A stretch of DNA of 63,854 bases, the filler included, from Octopus bimaculoides (taxonomy: Eukaryota): the NCBI RefSeq assembly GCF_001194135.2. It is 7 parts of 7 records of this genome, joined end to end, with 100 filler letters (N's around TTAATTAATTAA, not from the genome) between each part and the next. Parts side by side here need not be neighbours in the genome. Positions count along the whole stretch, not along the records: positions 62,680 to 63,854 come from NC_068986.1; 6 more parts are not named here. One strand, written 5' to 3'. Position numbers and translations under genes: made by a program. This document shows, piece by piece, positions 63,522 through 63,854 of the stretch (the stretch's first letter is position 1; every line of letters begins with the position of its first letter). The notes beneath the pieces are model-generated. The model did no database searches. It was not told where the DNA came from and saw only the letters and a program-made list of their open reading frames with translations.

Positions 63522-63854
63522 GTTTGCATTTTGGTTACATTTTATAATTTATGTTTGGTGTCATTAAGCAAATGGAAAATAAGGAGTTAAAATTAGAGGA
63601 GATATTTAATGATTTAGAAAATACTGAAATCATGATGAGAATCTACTCCACTTCATCTTCAAGGCATGCATAAATTTCTCCAATCCACTTTTTCACTTAC
63701 AAAAACTGGATGCAGGCAGAACTGTGTAGTTTACAGTTATGTGGCTTGTGGGCCAATCCCATTGTGCAGCATCTTGAATAATTGTTTTCTACCATAGCTT
63801 CAAGTTTACAAAATCCGTTAAAAGAACCATTTCATTTATGGTACTAGTTTTAAT

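Overview
AT-rich, microsatellite-dense eukaryotic scaffold with many N gaps. The SINE families and repeat landscape point to an octopus (inference); it is not prokaryotic and has no CRISPR array. Host genes: one clear plus-strand exon of a 4-coumarate-CoA-ligase/luciferase-like acyl-CoA synthetase (63356-63521), and a chain of minus-strand exons (about 0.7-32 kb) of a gene I cannot name. One of those exons carries a single in-frame TAG inside a predicted RNA hairpin. The rest is mostly mobile DNA: two tRNA-derived SINE families, many Penelope-like element (PLE) fragments, R4/Dong-like, RTE and CR1 LINE fragments, a decayed mariner, and foldback/MITE elements. The main unexpected signal is a set of type I hammerhead ribozymes read directly from the sequence. 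Five are structurally near-intact and about six are variant or decayed. Two sit in small non-coding, direct-repeat, retrozyme-like elements, with a 351-nt unit (33230-33746) and a 536-nt unit (28858-29639). All calls are by eye; no alignment, folding or database search was run.
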